Assembly: GCF_000315625.1 (NCBI RefSeq)
Contig: NW_005434643.1
Location: forward strand, 212,130-276,129
Length of the DNA stretch: 64,000 nt
From: Guillardia theta CCMP2712
Lineage: Eukaryota; Protista; Cryptophyta
Direction: 5' to 3'
The position numbers were made by a program, and so were the translations under genes. Shown one piece after another: positions 35,559 through 46,995 of the stretch; the stretch's first letter is position 1, and the number at the start of each line of letters is the position of its first letter. The notes under the pieces are model-generated. The model was not told the DNA's origin, ran no database searches, and saw only the letters and a list, made by a program, of their open reading frames with translations.

Positions 35559-36132
35559 TTACTTGCCATCCACGTGCTCCAAGGCCTCGAGGAACAAGAG
35601 CTCTTGGTAATCCTTGAGGTGCACAAAAGAAAGTGCGTTGTTGTATTTGCTCTGCTGTGCGGGTCCAGTGCTCTCTTGGCTCTGGGTGTTGATAAAGCTC
35701 TTGAGATCTTGGCTCTCCATCTCGTCGTCGGATGTTTCCGAGTCACTCGGAGCAGTCTGCTGGTCGACATTTGCTTTCTTGTCATCTTTCATCAAGCAAA
35801 GATCGCCAACTTGCTTTCGTTTCCTTGAGTATGGCCACCTGGCCAATCCCAACATTCTGCAGGAACTCTTCAAGCTCGTGAGGGAAATGCCCTGCAAGAA
35901 CAAAACATGAGTGTGGGTTCGCATGGAAAGAAATGATTCTGATTCTTACCAGGTACTTTGCAGCATCAGATTGTCGCATAACAAAGAGTTCGGATATGTC
36001 GTCGACAGTCAAATTCACTATCGATTTTCCTTCCGGTTCTCTATCAGAGTATTTTGCTCTCGGCGCAATGCTGATGATCTTCGATTCTTTTTGTCCGATC
36101 CTCATTTCACTTGAAGGTAGCCCAAAGTTCAT
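35559..36132 (-). CDS. RWP-RK domain transcription factor
   Basis: LTVDDISELFVMRQSDAAKYL|GISLTSLKSSCRMLGLARWPYSRK across one short intron. Start at 36105 or 36132. Confidence 0.88.
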
Positions 36133-36154
36133 ACAAGGAGGCTTGAGAGGTCCG

Positions 36155-36305
36155 AGAGACGCTGGAGATGCTAGAGACGCTAGAGGGTGTGGAAGGGAAG
36201 ACGCTAGCGACGCTAGTGACGCTAGTAACGCTAGTAACGCTAGTAACGCTAGTAACGCTAGAGGGTGTGGAAGGGAAGACGCTAGTAACGCTAGTGACGC
36301 TAGAG
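36155..36305. repeat. Nested 9-bp (ACGCTAGTA/G) repeats with a duplicated GAGGGTGTGGAAGGGAAG block
   Basis: Directly visible, immediately upstream of the RWP-RK start. Confidence 0.85.
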
Positions 36306-36994
36306 GTGCTGCAGGAGGAGTGAGGTGAAAGAAAATCGTGCGATGAGAAAGGCAATTGAGAACCCCAGCATACAAACCCCCAATGACCTGTAGTAAAACC
36401 TCAAAAAGAGAGCCTTTCAAATAACCGGCGTGTTGTAACCCTGGTGAAGAGGGCAAGAAGTCGATATGAACCCCTCCATATGAAGGGAAAAGAAGGGGTA
36501 GACAGAATGTTGGTCAGAATTGGACATGAAAAGGTTTGATACACTATTATAGGTTTTATACAATAATACATATGTCTTATTAAAATAGTTTTCTCGAATT
36601 AACTGTGTAAGGGGACATTCATGGATGCCAGCAATTGTCTGTAGTAAGAGATCGTTGCGATAAATTGTTTTTAGCCGAACTTTGTGAGGGTCAGCTGCAG
36701 ACCAAAATATTTCTTTTCGTCACGATGTCCGAGTTTGGGTGCATGTCACTGTCAGGGGATATGGAGGTCAAATCCAAGAAGTCGGGTGGATTGCCTGCGT
36801 AGCCCTGGAACTTGCCGGAATCGAGGCGGTGGGGGTAGGAATGCATGACGAAATCAAATATGCGTTACAAATAACGGTCATGACAAGGAAGCGGACCTCT
36901 GTCATCTTCATGTGTAGTAAACCTCATTGAAATGGGTAGTAAATATGATAATAATCTCCAATCCGTGTATTCAAGTTTGGGGAAGAGGACTGGA

Positions 36995-38200
36995 CGCTAC
37001 TAACCGCCTGCCGGGCGGGCCGGCGGGCCGCCGGCCCTGAATGTCCGACCGTGTCACGGCGACGGTCCGCCGCGGCCGGGGGCCGCAAGTTGGCCCTCAC
37101 GGGGGCAGTGTACTCCGCGTGCCGCGGCGCGGCGCGCAGCGGCGCCCGCCACTGCCGTCCGAGCAGTGCCGCAGTCACGCCCGGCCGCGGGTCGCACTAG
37201 CCGCCGCTGAGCCCGGGGCCCGGGCTGGCAGTGGCGCGGCGCCGCCAGGCGCGGCCGGCCGGGCCCGCCCCTCGGATGGCGACCCCGTTGGCCCCTGGCT
37301 CCGAGCGGCTCCGCCGGGAGTCCGACATCCGATGATCGGACAGTGCCACGGTGAGCCTGGAGTCACTCGCCGCCGGGCCGAGTCCCGGCGACCGGGAGTC
37401 CGGCGGGCCGGGGCCCTGAGTACCGGCCGGGCGGCGTCACAGTACCGTACTACGGTACGGCCGGGCCGCGGCGGTCCGGCGTCGGACACCGTGCCGCCGC
37501 GGCCTCCAGTCCCGGCGCCCGGAGTCGGAGCCCCGGTGAGTCCGAGGCTCAGCAGCCATACTGGCTGTGACAGGCTGGGCCCGGCGCCCACGGCGGGCCG
37601 GCGAGGCACCGCCGGTCCGATCACCCGGTGACCCGGGCCGGGCCGCCGGCGGCCGCTCAGCCGCCGGCCGCCCCGGGCCGCCGGGGCCCGCCGCCGGGGG
37701 GACCCCGGGGGGGGGGGGGGCGCGGGCGGCGGCCGGGCCCGGCCGGCGGGCCCGGCGAGTCCGGGGCCTAAGCCTTTCCGAAGTTCGGACGGCCGCGGAC
37801 TTCAAGGCTTGGCACGGGCCGCTGAGTGCGGCCGCGCGCGGCCCGCCGGGCCGCGCCGCCGCGGCCGGGCCCGGCGCTCCGGCGCCTCGCTGACTCGCCT
37901 CCCGGCTCCGTTCTGGCCGCCGGTCGCGACGGCGGGGGCCCCCCGGGCCCGGGCCGGGGTGAACTAACTTTCAACAGTTGCGGCCCGGGCGGCCCGGCGG
38001 CGTCACAGTCACAGGCGGCAGTGGCGGTCCGATCACCGCCCGGCCGCCGCTCACTCACGCGGCGTGGTGCCTCGGGAAGGGGCCCGGTGCCTCGGGAAGG
38101 GGCCCGAGGCTTGGCCGCGGCGAAGTTGAGGAGCCCGGCGGCCCGGCCGGGTCCGACGGGCCGTCAGCCGCTCTGTTCGTGGTTGTCAGCTGCTGTGCAT
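36995..38200. repeat. GC-rich palindromic intergenic island with poly-G tract
   Basis: Between the divergent RWP-RK and rhodanese genes. G-run at ~37707-37720; 20-bp direct repeat ggtgcctcgggaaggggccc at ~38066-38105. Confidence 0.78.
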
Positions 38201-38387
38201 GGCTGTGGCCCCCGAAATTCGATCCATCCGTTCCCTACCCCCACCCTCTCTTTGATACCACCCCCACCCCTTAAACTCGACCTGTACCCATCTCCTTATC
38301 CCACCCCTACCCACCTAATTAGTAAGATCACAAGTTCATCAGCACATGCACTTCACGTAATGAGAGAAACCTTGTTGATATACCTTG

Positions 38388-38533
38388 CACTCATACACTC
38401 ATACACTCATACACTCATACACTCATACACTCATACACTCATACACTCATACACTCATACACTCATACACTCATACACTCATACACTCATACACTCATAC
38501 ACTCATACACTCATACACTCATACACTCATACG
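38388..38533. repeat. (ACTCATAC)n octamer microsatellite
   Basis: About 18 units. Confidence 0.95.
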
Positions 38534-38750
38534 CCCATACACTTCGACACATACTGAGTCTGTGACAGAGTTTGTAATTGAAACAGGAACAGTTTTTTGT
38601 GCAAGATAGCAGCAGCACATGCAGCAGTAGCAGTAGCATAAGGAGCTTTTGCATAATCAGCACAATATTCAGCGGGAATGGGTGTGAGGGACATTGATGT
38701 GTGTGTGCACTGAGATTCAAAGCATAATTACTGACTTTTATGTTTGCAGC

Positions 38751-41700
38751 ATGCTTCACAGGCTAAACAAATGCCATGTGTACTTCGGGCTGCTTGCGTT
38801 GAGTCTTTTAGGAAGCGTCCTTGCATTTGCTCCCACGCAGCCATGGTCACCACCAAGCATGGCTGAGCCCCAGAGACTCGCACGGTTCTCCTCGACGCTT
38901 CAGAGAATCCGAGTAGGGCTCTCAAGAAACCCTCGCGTCACCTTGCGATGTGCAGCAGTAGATGTCGATCTTCGTAACAAGGAGAGAAGAGAGAAGAACC
39001 TCGAGATCGCAAGGAGGGTGGCAATCGGAGAGCTTCGCCCCATCGTCGTCTCCTTCTCTCCAGCTTTCAGAAAGGAGCTGAAGCTTGCCAAGCGGTTCAA
39101 ACACACGAGGCTCTTTCTAGAGCTAGAAGAGCTCCAGTCACTCCGAGCCTTGAAGCAAGCTCTCATCCGCGAGCTGCCGCATCCTCTTGCCTCCTTGCCG
39201 GAAGACGCTTATCGACTAGCGGTGCGTCCCACGCAGGCGATGGGGTCAGTAGACAATGTGGAGGAGGAGGAAGAGGAGGTTGATGAAGGGCAAGACCGAG
39301 GGGACGAGGAGGGGAACCTGCTGTTTGTCGAGACAGACGAGGAGCTCGTGCGATTGTTCGCAGAAGCTCAGCAGGTGAGGAGCTCTGGCATCGGAAAGCT
39401 TCGCCTGCAAGTCGTGGACACCGCCGGCTTCTCAGCGTACCTGGAGGAGAAGCGAGGATACGCCATCGCTGCTGACGGCGCTCTTCCTAACGGCCTCAGG
39501 CCTGAGGAGGCCGAGCAGTGGATCATGGTCTCCTTCTACCGCCTGCATCCCTTACAAGACCCCGAGGACCTCGCACGCAGGCTGCGAGCAGCTTGGGAAC
39601 CCCTGGGGGTGCTGGGACGCGTCTACGTAGCAAGAGAAGGAATCAACGCGCAGGTGTCTGTCCCCGACAACATGCTCGAGCTGTTCAAGCAGACTGTCAC
39701 CGCCCACAGCGAGCTCGACGGCGTATACTTGAACTGCGACGAGCCTCTCAGCAAGGAGTACGCTCCTTTCAGCAAGCTGCAGATCAAACCTCGCAAGCAC
39801 GTGCTAGCCGATGGCCTTCCAAGGTCTCTCGACTGGAGAGAAAATGGTGCGAAGTTGTCGCCAGCAGAGTGGCACTCCAAGGTAGAGCAGCTGAACAAGG
39901 AGGAGGAGGGCGCGAAGCCGATCCTGATCGACATCCGCAACTTCTACGAGAGCGAGGTCGGACTGTTCAAGGGGGCAAAGGCGCTGGACACGGTGACGTT
40001 CAGAGACACGTGGGATGCGCTGAAGGAGACGCTCAAGGGGGTGAGCAAGGAGAAGGAGATTCTGACCTACTGCACGGGTGGAATCCGATGCGAGAAGGCC
40101 AACGCCTACATCATCCAGGAGTTGGGCTACAAGAACGTGAGCGCTCTGAGAGGAGGGATAGTCAACTACGCGCAATACGTGAAAGAGAAACAGTTGAGGT
40201 GAGGACGAGGGAGAGAGAGGGAGGAGGAGGCAGAGTGAGGCGAGTAACTCGAGCAGGTCGCAGTTCTTGGGAGTGAATCACGTATTCGACCAGCGGCTCG
40301 GACAGCGAGTGGGAGAAGAAGTTCTCTCAAGGTGAGAGAGGGTTGACGAAAGGATAGGAAAGCCAGAAGAAGGGATACGGGTGTCGGAGAGGAGTGGGGA
40401 GGAGCATCAGACGTGCGCTGATATGGTTCTCTCAGATGCATCAACTGCGGTTGCTCATCGGACGTGCAGACTGACTGTGCCAACACTCACTGCCCTCGTC
40501 CCTTCGCTCGTCGCCGGTACATCCAGTGTCAGGAGTGTGCGATCCGGCAAGACGGCTGCTGCTGCTCTGAATGTGCGGACGAGAAGAAAGCGAGGGAACA
40601 GCGAGACGAGACTCAACGAAGACTCGAGGAGCTGCAGGTGTCCCTTCGCAGAGAATTGCGATCGCGAAAGAAATCCAAAGACACGGCGGCGGAAGCAGCG
40701 GAGGAGGAGGAGCAACGACTCGCGGCCTTGTGAGGAGGACCTGCTGTGTCTGCTGGCTAATAGGAAGCAGGTCGGAGGGCAGGATAGCTCGGCTTGAAGG
40801 TGAGGTGGTGGTGACGAGAAAGAAGCTCGAGGAAGAAGAAAAGGCGCTGGAGGTGAGGAAGAAGCAAACGAGCTGCTTCTTCTCACCTGCTGCAGGCTTG
40901 CCATGCTAAGTCGCTGGTGGCAATTTCACGCTTGGGTTTGCTGCCCAACGGGTAACGATGCTCCTTGTCTACCCTTGTAACTCAATCACGCAGAGAGTTC
41001 TCGGAGTTCGAGGAGGAGGAAGGGAGAAGCAAATCCGAGGAGCCGAGCGATGCAGGTAGCGAGCTTGTGCGTGGGAGGAGAAGCTGAAGAGATGACAGAT
41101 AGAGGAGCGAGGACGCTGGACGAGAGGAACCACCTAGGACAAGAGCATGATCTGAACGCTAGTACTGCCTCCCCTCCTTCTCTCCTCTCCTCCTCACCCA
41201 TCGATGCCATCAGAGTACGCGGAGGAGCACTCGTCGGCGGAGCATCCTTACCTCCAGCGAGTGCGAGAGGAGACAGCCAGGGCTCTGCCTCAACGAGCGC
41301 ACATGATGAGCGGAGTCGTGCAGGCCAAGTTCATTGCAAGCTTGATCGCTATGATGAACGCCAAGCAGGTGAACCAAACTCAATGCCTCCTCTTTCACCA
41401 CCTCCTCCTCCCCCGCCTCCTCCTCTTCCTCCTCCGCAGCCCCATCCCAACCTCTCCTTCCCCTCCACCTCTCGCTTCCCCCCTCCTCTTTCTCGCAATC
41501 CTGCTCCCCCACCGATGTTGGACTCCTTCGAGCGCATCAGCAGGTGCTCGAGCTCGGCTGCTTCACAGGATACACGGCCTTGTGCATGGCCGCAGCTGTC
41601 GGGGAGGAGGGGAAGGTGACAAGCCTGGAGCGAGACTGCGAGGTCGCGGCCATAGCGAAGAACAACATCGAGATGTGCCCTTGGTGACCGCACAGCAAGA

Positions 41701-42501
41701 GGAGGCGAGGGAGGGAGGCGAGTCTGACTGGAGGCAGGGGGAAGCGGGTGGAGCTCATTCAAGGAGACGCGCTGGACGTGCTGGATGAGCTGACGGGCAC
41801 GAGGACGAGAGAATTCGACCTCATCTTCCTCGATGCAAACAAGAAGCAGTACAGCACCTACTTCACGCGCATCATGGAGAAAGAGCTGCTGAGAGTAGGA
41901 GGGGTAAGAAGGAGGAGGGAGGAGCTGTAGGGTGACAAGAGAGCAGGTGCTCGTGGTGGACAACACATTATGGAAAGGGAGAGTCGCGGAGCTCTACAGC
42001 CTATCGCAGACGGAGGTGATGATTCTTCTTCTCACGCTGGTCTGACTGGCGAGCAGAGGGTGGAGAGGAACAAGGAGCTGCAGAGGAAGGGCGTGATGTC
42101 CCTCGTCGCCGCTGACAAGTATGCGGAGGCAATGCACGCCTTCAACCAACTCGTGAGGTCTGAAAGATCCCCCCGAACCTCTCCCTTCCCTTCCCCTCCC
42201 TCCCCATACTCTCCCCCACCTCTTCCCCTCATCACCCCCACCTCACCCCCTCCTCTCCCTCCTCTCCCCATGGTCATCCTCCTCATCTTCTCCTAATCCT
42301 CTTCCCTCACCTCCTCTCCTCTCCTCATCCTCCCCCCTTTCATCCCCTCCACTCCCAGTCTCATCTTGTTGTTCTTGTTCTTTTCTGTGTCTTCTCTCCA
42401 TCTCGTTCGCCTCACTCTGCCATGTCAGAGGAGACGCGAGGGTGGAGGTTGTGATGCTGCCCGTGAGAGACGGGCTGACTTTGATCCGAAGAATCCAATA
42501 G
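38751..42501 (+). CDS. Plastid-targeted fusion of TrhO/UPF0176 rhodanese (tRNA U34 hydroxylase-like), coiled-coil linker and Methyltransf_3 O-methyltransferase
   Basis: Signal …LLALSLLGSVLA|FAP. TrhO motifs SFYR, GRVYVAREGINAQ, LIDIRNFYESEVGLF, YCTGGIRCEKA, NHVFDQR and a Cys-rich C-domain. MTase motifs MMSGVVQAKF, VLELGCFTGYTAL, GDALDVL, FDLIFLDANK, LVVDNTLWKG, VMLPVRDGLTLIRR*. Linker exons join in phase through 41-52-nt introns. Confidence 0.8.
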
Positions 42502-42643
42502 ACATGATCCCTACCCCTCCACCCTCCTCTACCCCCTCCACCCTTCCCTACCCCTCCACCCTCCTCTACCCCCTCCACCCTTCCATACCCCTCCACCATC
42601 CCCTACCCCCTCCACCCTCCTCCACTCCCTACCCCCTGTTCCT

Positions 42644-45600
42644 TCACTCGCTTGTCTCGTCCTCATCGTCGCTCCATCTACACCAACGACCGCGACCAGC
42701 TCACTCCTCCCTTCAACCTTGTCGTTTACTCCCCTCCTCCTCCTCCTCCTCCTCCTCCTCCTCCTCCTTCATCCCGGCCCTTCACCTTTGTGCAAGTTTT
42801 CTTCCCTTTATCAGCGACCTTGAAGGCTTCTCGCTCTAACGCACATCTCACCTCCAGCTCTCTTTCACCGCCATCTTGTCACTTCCTCTCTCACCTTCCC
42901 CTCGCCCTATGCCACTCCCATCCGCCTGCCTCTCCTCTGCCGCCTACACTTCATTTCCCTGCAATGCCTCTCCAAGCGTCTACTGCGCTGTTGTTCCCTC
43001 CAGCACCTCTCCCTCGTCCGACCCCTTTGATGTCGCTGCTGCTGACTCCCCTCAAATTCCCGCATCATCCACACCTTCCGGTGCCCATCCCTCCATTTCT
43101 TCTCCTTGTGCTCCCTCCCCTTGCTCCGACTCAAGCGCTTCAGCTGTTGCTTCTCCCTGCTCTCATGATCCCCCCAATGTGCCTGCTGCTCTCCCGAAGG
43201 CGCAACACCAAGACCTTGACTTGACGAGATGTCGATTCAGATGCCTGTCCTTTGCTGGCAACCCTCATTACAAGAGTCCTCTGATGATCCTGAGAAAAAC
43301 ATCCCACACACGAGACTCAACTTACGCCTTCGCCTCCTTCCCGTCCTCCTCTGCCCCCGCCTCCTTCCCGTCCTCCTCTGCCCCCGCCTCCGCCTTCGCC
43401 TCCTTCCCGTCCTCCTCTGCCCCCGCCTCCGCCTTCGCCTCCTTCCCGTCCTCCTCTGCCCCCGTCTCCGGCTTCTTTTTGTTTTCATTTTCCGTTTTTG
43501 TTTGGTTTCCGTTTGGTGGTTTGTCTTGGATGTTGTTGAGGATTTCTTTTGACTCGGGTTGATCTTCGTTGTCATCTGTGCTTATTGGTTGTTCTTTGTT
43601 CTCCCATTCGCCTGTTGCATCAGATGGAGCTTCCTGTGTCGTTTTCGCTGTATCAGTCGTTTGTTCAATATTTTTCTCCTCCTTCTCCGCCCTCGCCTCT
43701 TCATTCACGTCTTCTGCCTTCGCCTCGTCGTTGTGAACCTCCATGGTTCCTGATTCCTCATTCTTCTCAGTCTCCTTCACATTTTTCAGCTCATCGCCTT
43801 CATCGCTTCTGGGCTTCGCTTGCGTCAAGTCTCGCACGCTTGGCATCTGCCTCGATTCCTCTCCCTCAACCTGCTTGTCTAACGCACCATCGTGTTCCCT
43901 GGTCACCTCATCTGCACCTTCTCCTGCCCCTTCTGCGCCTCCTCCTCTCTCGTTCCCAGTCAACGGCCCCACCCCCCGTGCTCTTCTGCCATCTCCTTCA
44001 ACTCCTTGCTGCCATCCTTCTCCTGCTTCTCCTGCCCTGCCTCTGCGTCACTTGCAGACCCGGACGACGCTTCCTCTTGCTTTCCTGCTGGCTTCTTCAG
44101 CACAGGAGACCCACTCTTCGCAGGTCTTCCTCTCTCCCTTCCTTCACTTTCTTCTTCTTCCCCATTGCTGGATTCGTTGCCGCTACTCTCCTCTGACATG
44201 GAAGGTTTCTTGAATGTAACGACCTTGCCATGAGCGGCTCTGCTGTCCTTGGAATCTACCCCTTGCTCGGCACGCGCATCAGCCTCCTGCTTCACCCAGC
44301 ATGAGCAAAGTAAGCAAGAAGATCTTGAGGAACCTTGACAGCGCTTTTCGCCTTCTCCTCCTCCTGCTCCTCCTTCACCTTTGCCTTCTCCTTCTTGATG
44401 AAAGTCATGCAAGATGGCAAGAATACGAGAGGAGGATAAATGAAGGAAGAAGCAGAGGAGAGGAGAAGGAAAAAGATTATGAAAGGGAGGGCAAAAGGCT
44501 AAGACCCAAGGAAAGGAGAGGGGTGGACAGAAGAGGACGTGAGGGAAGAGGGGTAGAGGGAAAGAGGCGAGGAGAGGCGAGGGGGAGGGAGAGGAGAGGA
44601 ATGCACCTTGTTGGAAAGTTCAAAGGGTTGGCGAAGGCTGAGAGGAGACGAGATGCTTTCCTTTTCTTCATGTTGCGACAAGCTCTCGACCTTGCCTCCA
44701 CCAACAACCTCCCTCCCAACGCTCCTGCCAACGCGCTTGCCATCCCTCGCAGCTGAGCTGAGGTCAGACTGAGCTAGGGGCTGCAAGTCGAGGGAGGCGG
44801 CAGAGTCCAAGGACTCATTCACAAACTTGTCCTCGCTCCTCTTGGTCGCTCTCCCTAGCACCGGAAGCCTCCATGGCTCGTTCGTGTCGCTCCTTGAAAA
44901 CCGTCCGGATGATCGCATCTTGGTGAGCTCTGGTAAGGAGACTGCAGACTTTCTCGACCTTGAGAAAATCATCACTCATCATAAACACCAACTAATCCTC
45001 GCCTCATCCACCTACATCACCAGCACCAGCACCAGCACCAGCACCAGCACCAGCACCAGCACCAGCACCAGCACCACCGTCTTCTCCTCCATCGTCTCCG
45101 TCATCATCATCATCATCATCTCCATCATCATCATCATCATCTCCATCATCTCCATCATCTCCATCATCTCCATCATCTCCATCATCTCCATCATCTCCAT
45201 CATCATCATCATCATCCACCATCTCCATCATCTCCATCATCTCCATCATCTCCATCATCTCCATCATCATCATCATCATCTCCACCATCTCCATCATCAT
45301 CATCTCCATCATCTCCATCATCATCATCATCATCATCTCCATCATCATTCCGGAGTTCGTGTCAACATTTAGGCCCTTCACTTACAAGGAGGATATGCTT
45401 CGAAGCCAAGCATCGTCCATGTCTTCCTTGGATGGTGAAGTAGATTTGGCGAGCACGCCTCGTCCATCCGTGTAAGGGTACAGCCCTATGTAGCTCAGGA
45501 TGTGCTCCGTCTCCTTCCTCTCCGCTTCCCAAATCCTGCAGCAGAAGCTTGAGGGGGGACGCGAGGGAAGAGGTGGGGGTAGAGGAAGGACCTTGAGGTG

Positions 45601-46177
45601 TAGTGGATGGGGAGGAGGAAAGGAGAGGGTGGGGGTAGACCTCGAGTTGTAGTAGGCGGGGTGGTCTCTAAGGCCTTGAGCATCTTGAGGTTCTGCTGGC
45701 TGATTCTCTCCATCTCTCGCTTCCTCACCGCGATGTTCAAACTGCTCGCCTGCCCTCAAAGTCACGAGACTCAACACGCACGTGACATGTCACGTGATGT
45801 CTCGGCATGCGATGCTTCACGTCCGGAGAGTCCATGATCTTGATCATCTGGTGCAGCAGCCTGGCGTTTTCAGTCTCGATCTCCGCGAGCCTCTCGTCCT
45901 CCCGCACTCGCTTCTTCAGGTTCGCGCGTACCACCTGACCAGTTGCTTCACCTCCTCCTCCTCCCACGCGAGCCTGCGAGCTCACCTTGGGGATCATTCT
46001 TGGCTGGGCAGTGAGGCCAAGGCTTCGGAGATGAGATCGCATTCCCTCAAGCTTCTTGCGATGGAGTTCATGATTCTGCGCTACTTCTCTCTGATAGAGA
46101 ATGTTCTTCCCTCGCTCTGCGTCCAAGTCAAAAAGGCTTTAGCTCACACTTCAACCTTCAGCTCGCACTCTGTGCAT
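42644..46177 (-). CDS. CFAP97/Hemingway-domain protein with long acidic low-complexity C-terminus (multi-exon)
   Basis: MHRVRAE|ERGKNILYQREVAQNHELHRKKL…EDERLAEIETENARLLHQMIKI…NIAVRKREMERISQQNLKMLKAL…YYNSRIW. Downstream E/K/A-rich exons end WSDDEDETSE*. Joining the tail to the domain is less certain. Confidence 0.68.
45015..45348. repeat. Compound (CAGCAC)n/(CAT)n/(CTCCAT)n microsatellite, probably intronic
   Basis: Lies between a minus-strand GTAAGT donor (~45384) and an acceptor near 44960. Confidence 0.85.
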
Positions 46178-46519
46178 GGCTGACCCAATTCAAGTGACTT
46201 GCACTGTACTTCTTCTAGTCAACAACGGTGAAAGATTATCCTTGGAATCTGCAAAACAAAACGAATGTTATTGAACATCACTTGAATCTGCACAACCATC
46301 CAAGTCGAGTTGTCTACCCCTCACATCTCCTCGCATCCATTATACCACCCATATCCTCCCTGCATCAACGAACATGAAAATGCATCATTCTCACTCCCTG
46401 CCTGGCTTCCTCAATCCATCACAGTTCGTCATTACCCAGCACACATCACCTTGGTTTCTGCTCCTGCTTCTGACCTCCTTCATCATATCACCTCCTTCAT
46501 TCCTGCTTCTTTCCTCTTT

Positions 46520-46610
46520 GCCCTTCGCTTTCTTCCTCTCTCTCCTTCGCTTCTTCCTCTCTCTCCTTCGCTTCTTCCTCTCTCCCCTTCGCTTCTTCCT
46601 CTCTCCTCCT
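46520..46610. repeat. 21-bp pyrimidine-rich tandem repeat x ~4
   Basis: ccttcgcttcttcctctctct repeated. Confidence 0.8.
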
Positions 46611-46995
46611 ATTCCTGATCGTCTTCGCTCTCGTGCATTTTCAGATACGGGCGTTGACTTGGCAGACAGTTGGCAGACTGGCTGGCAGAAGTCCGTTAGT
46701 GTCAGAGCGGGGATGAGGAGCAAAGGCTACGCGGCGGGCCGGCGCCCCGGGCCGGTCCGATCGGACCGGGCCATCGGACGCCCGGCGCCGGGCCGCCGCC
46801 GGACTACCATGTAACATCCAAACGGTACCACAATGATGACTAATGCTATCATGCCAGTGAGTGGCTACGACCAGGTACGTAGATCGGAGTGCCGCTAGGT
46901 GCTGATCGGAGTGACGCTTTCATCCAACGGCGACTGTGCTAACTTGCAACCCCGGCGGGCTCACGGGTCCGATCTGAGGAGCGGAAGGTTTCGAA

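Noticed and set aside
37041-38557. Long Arg/Pro/Gly/Ala-rich ORFs in the GC islands (also near 5.0, 18.1, 21.2, 50.8 and 63.0 kb)
   Set aside because: Open in several frames on both strands because of extreme GC content and few stop codons; no domain signal.
45004-45381. Poly-Met/Asp and poly-His/Ile ORFs
   Set aside because: Translations of an intronic trinucleotide repeat.
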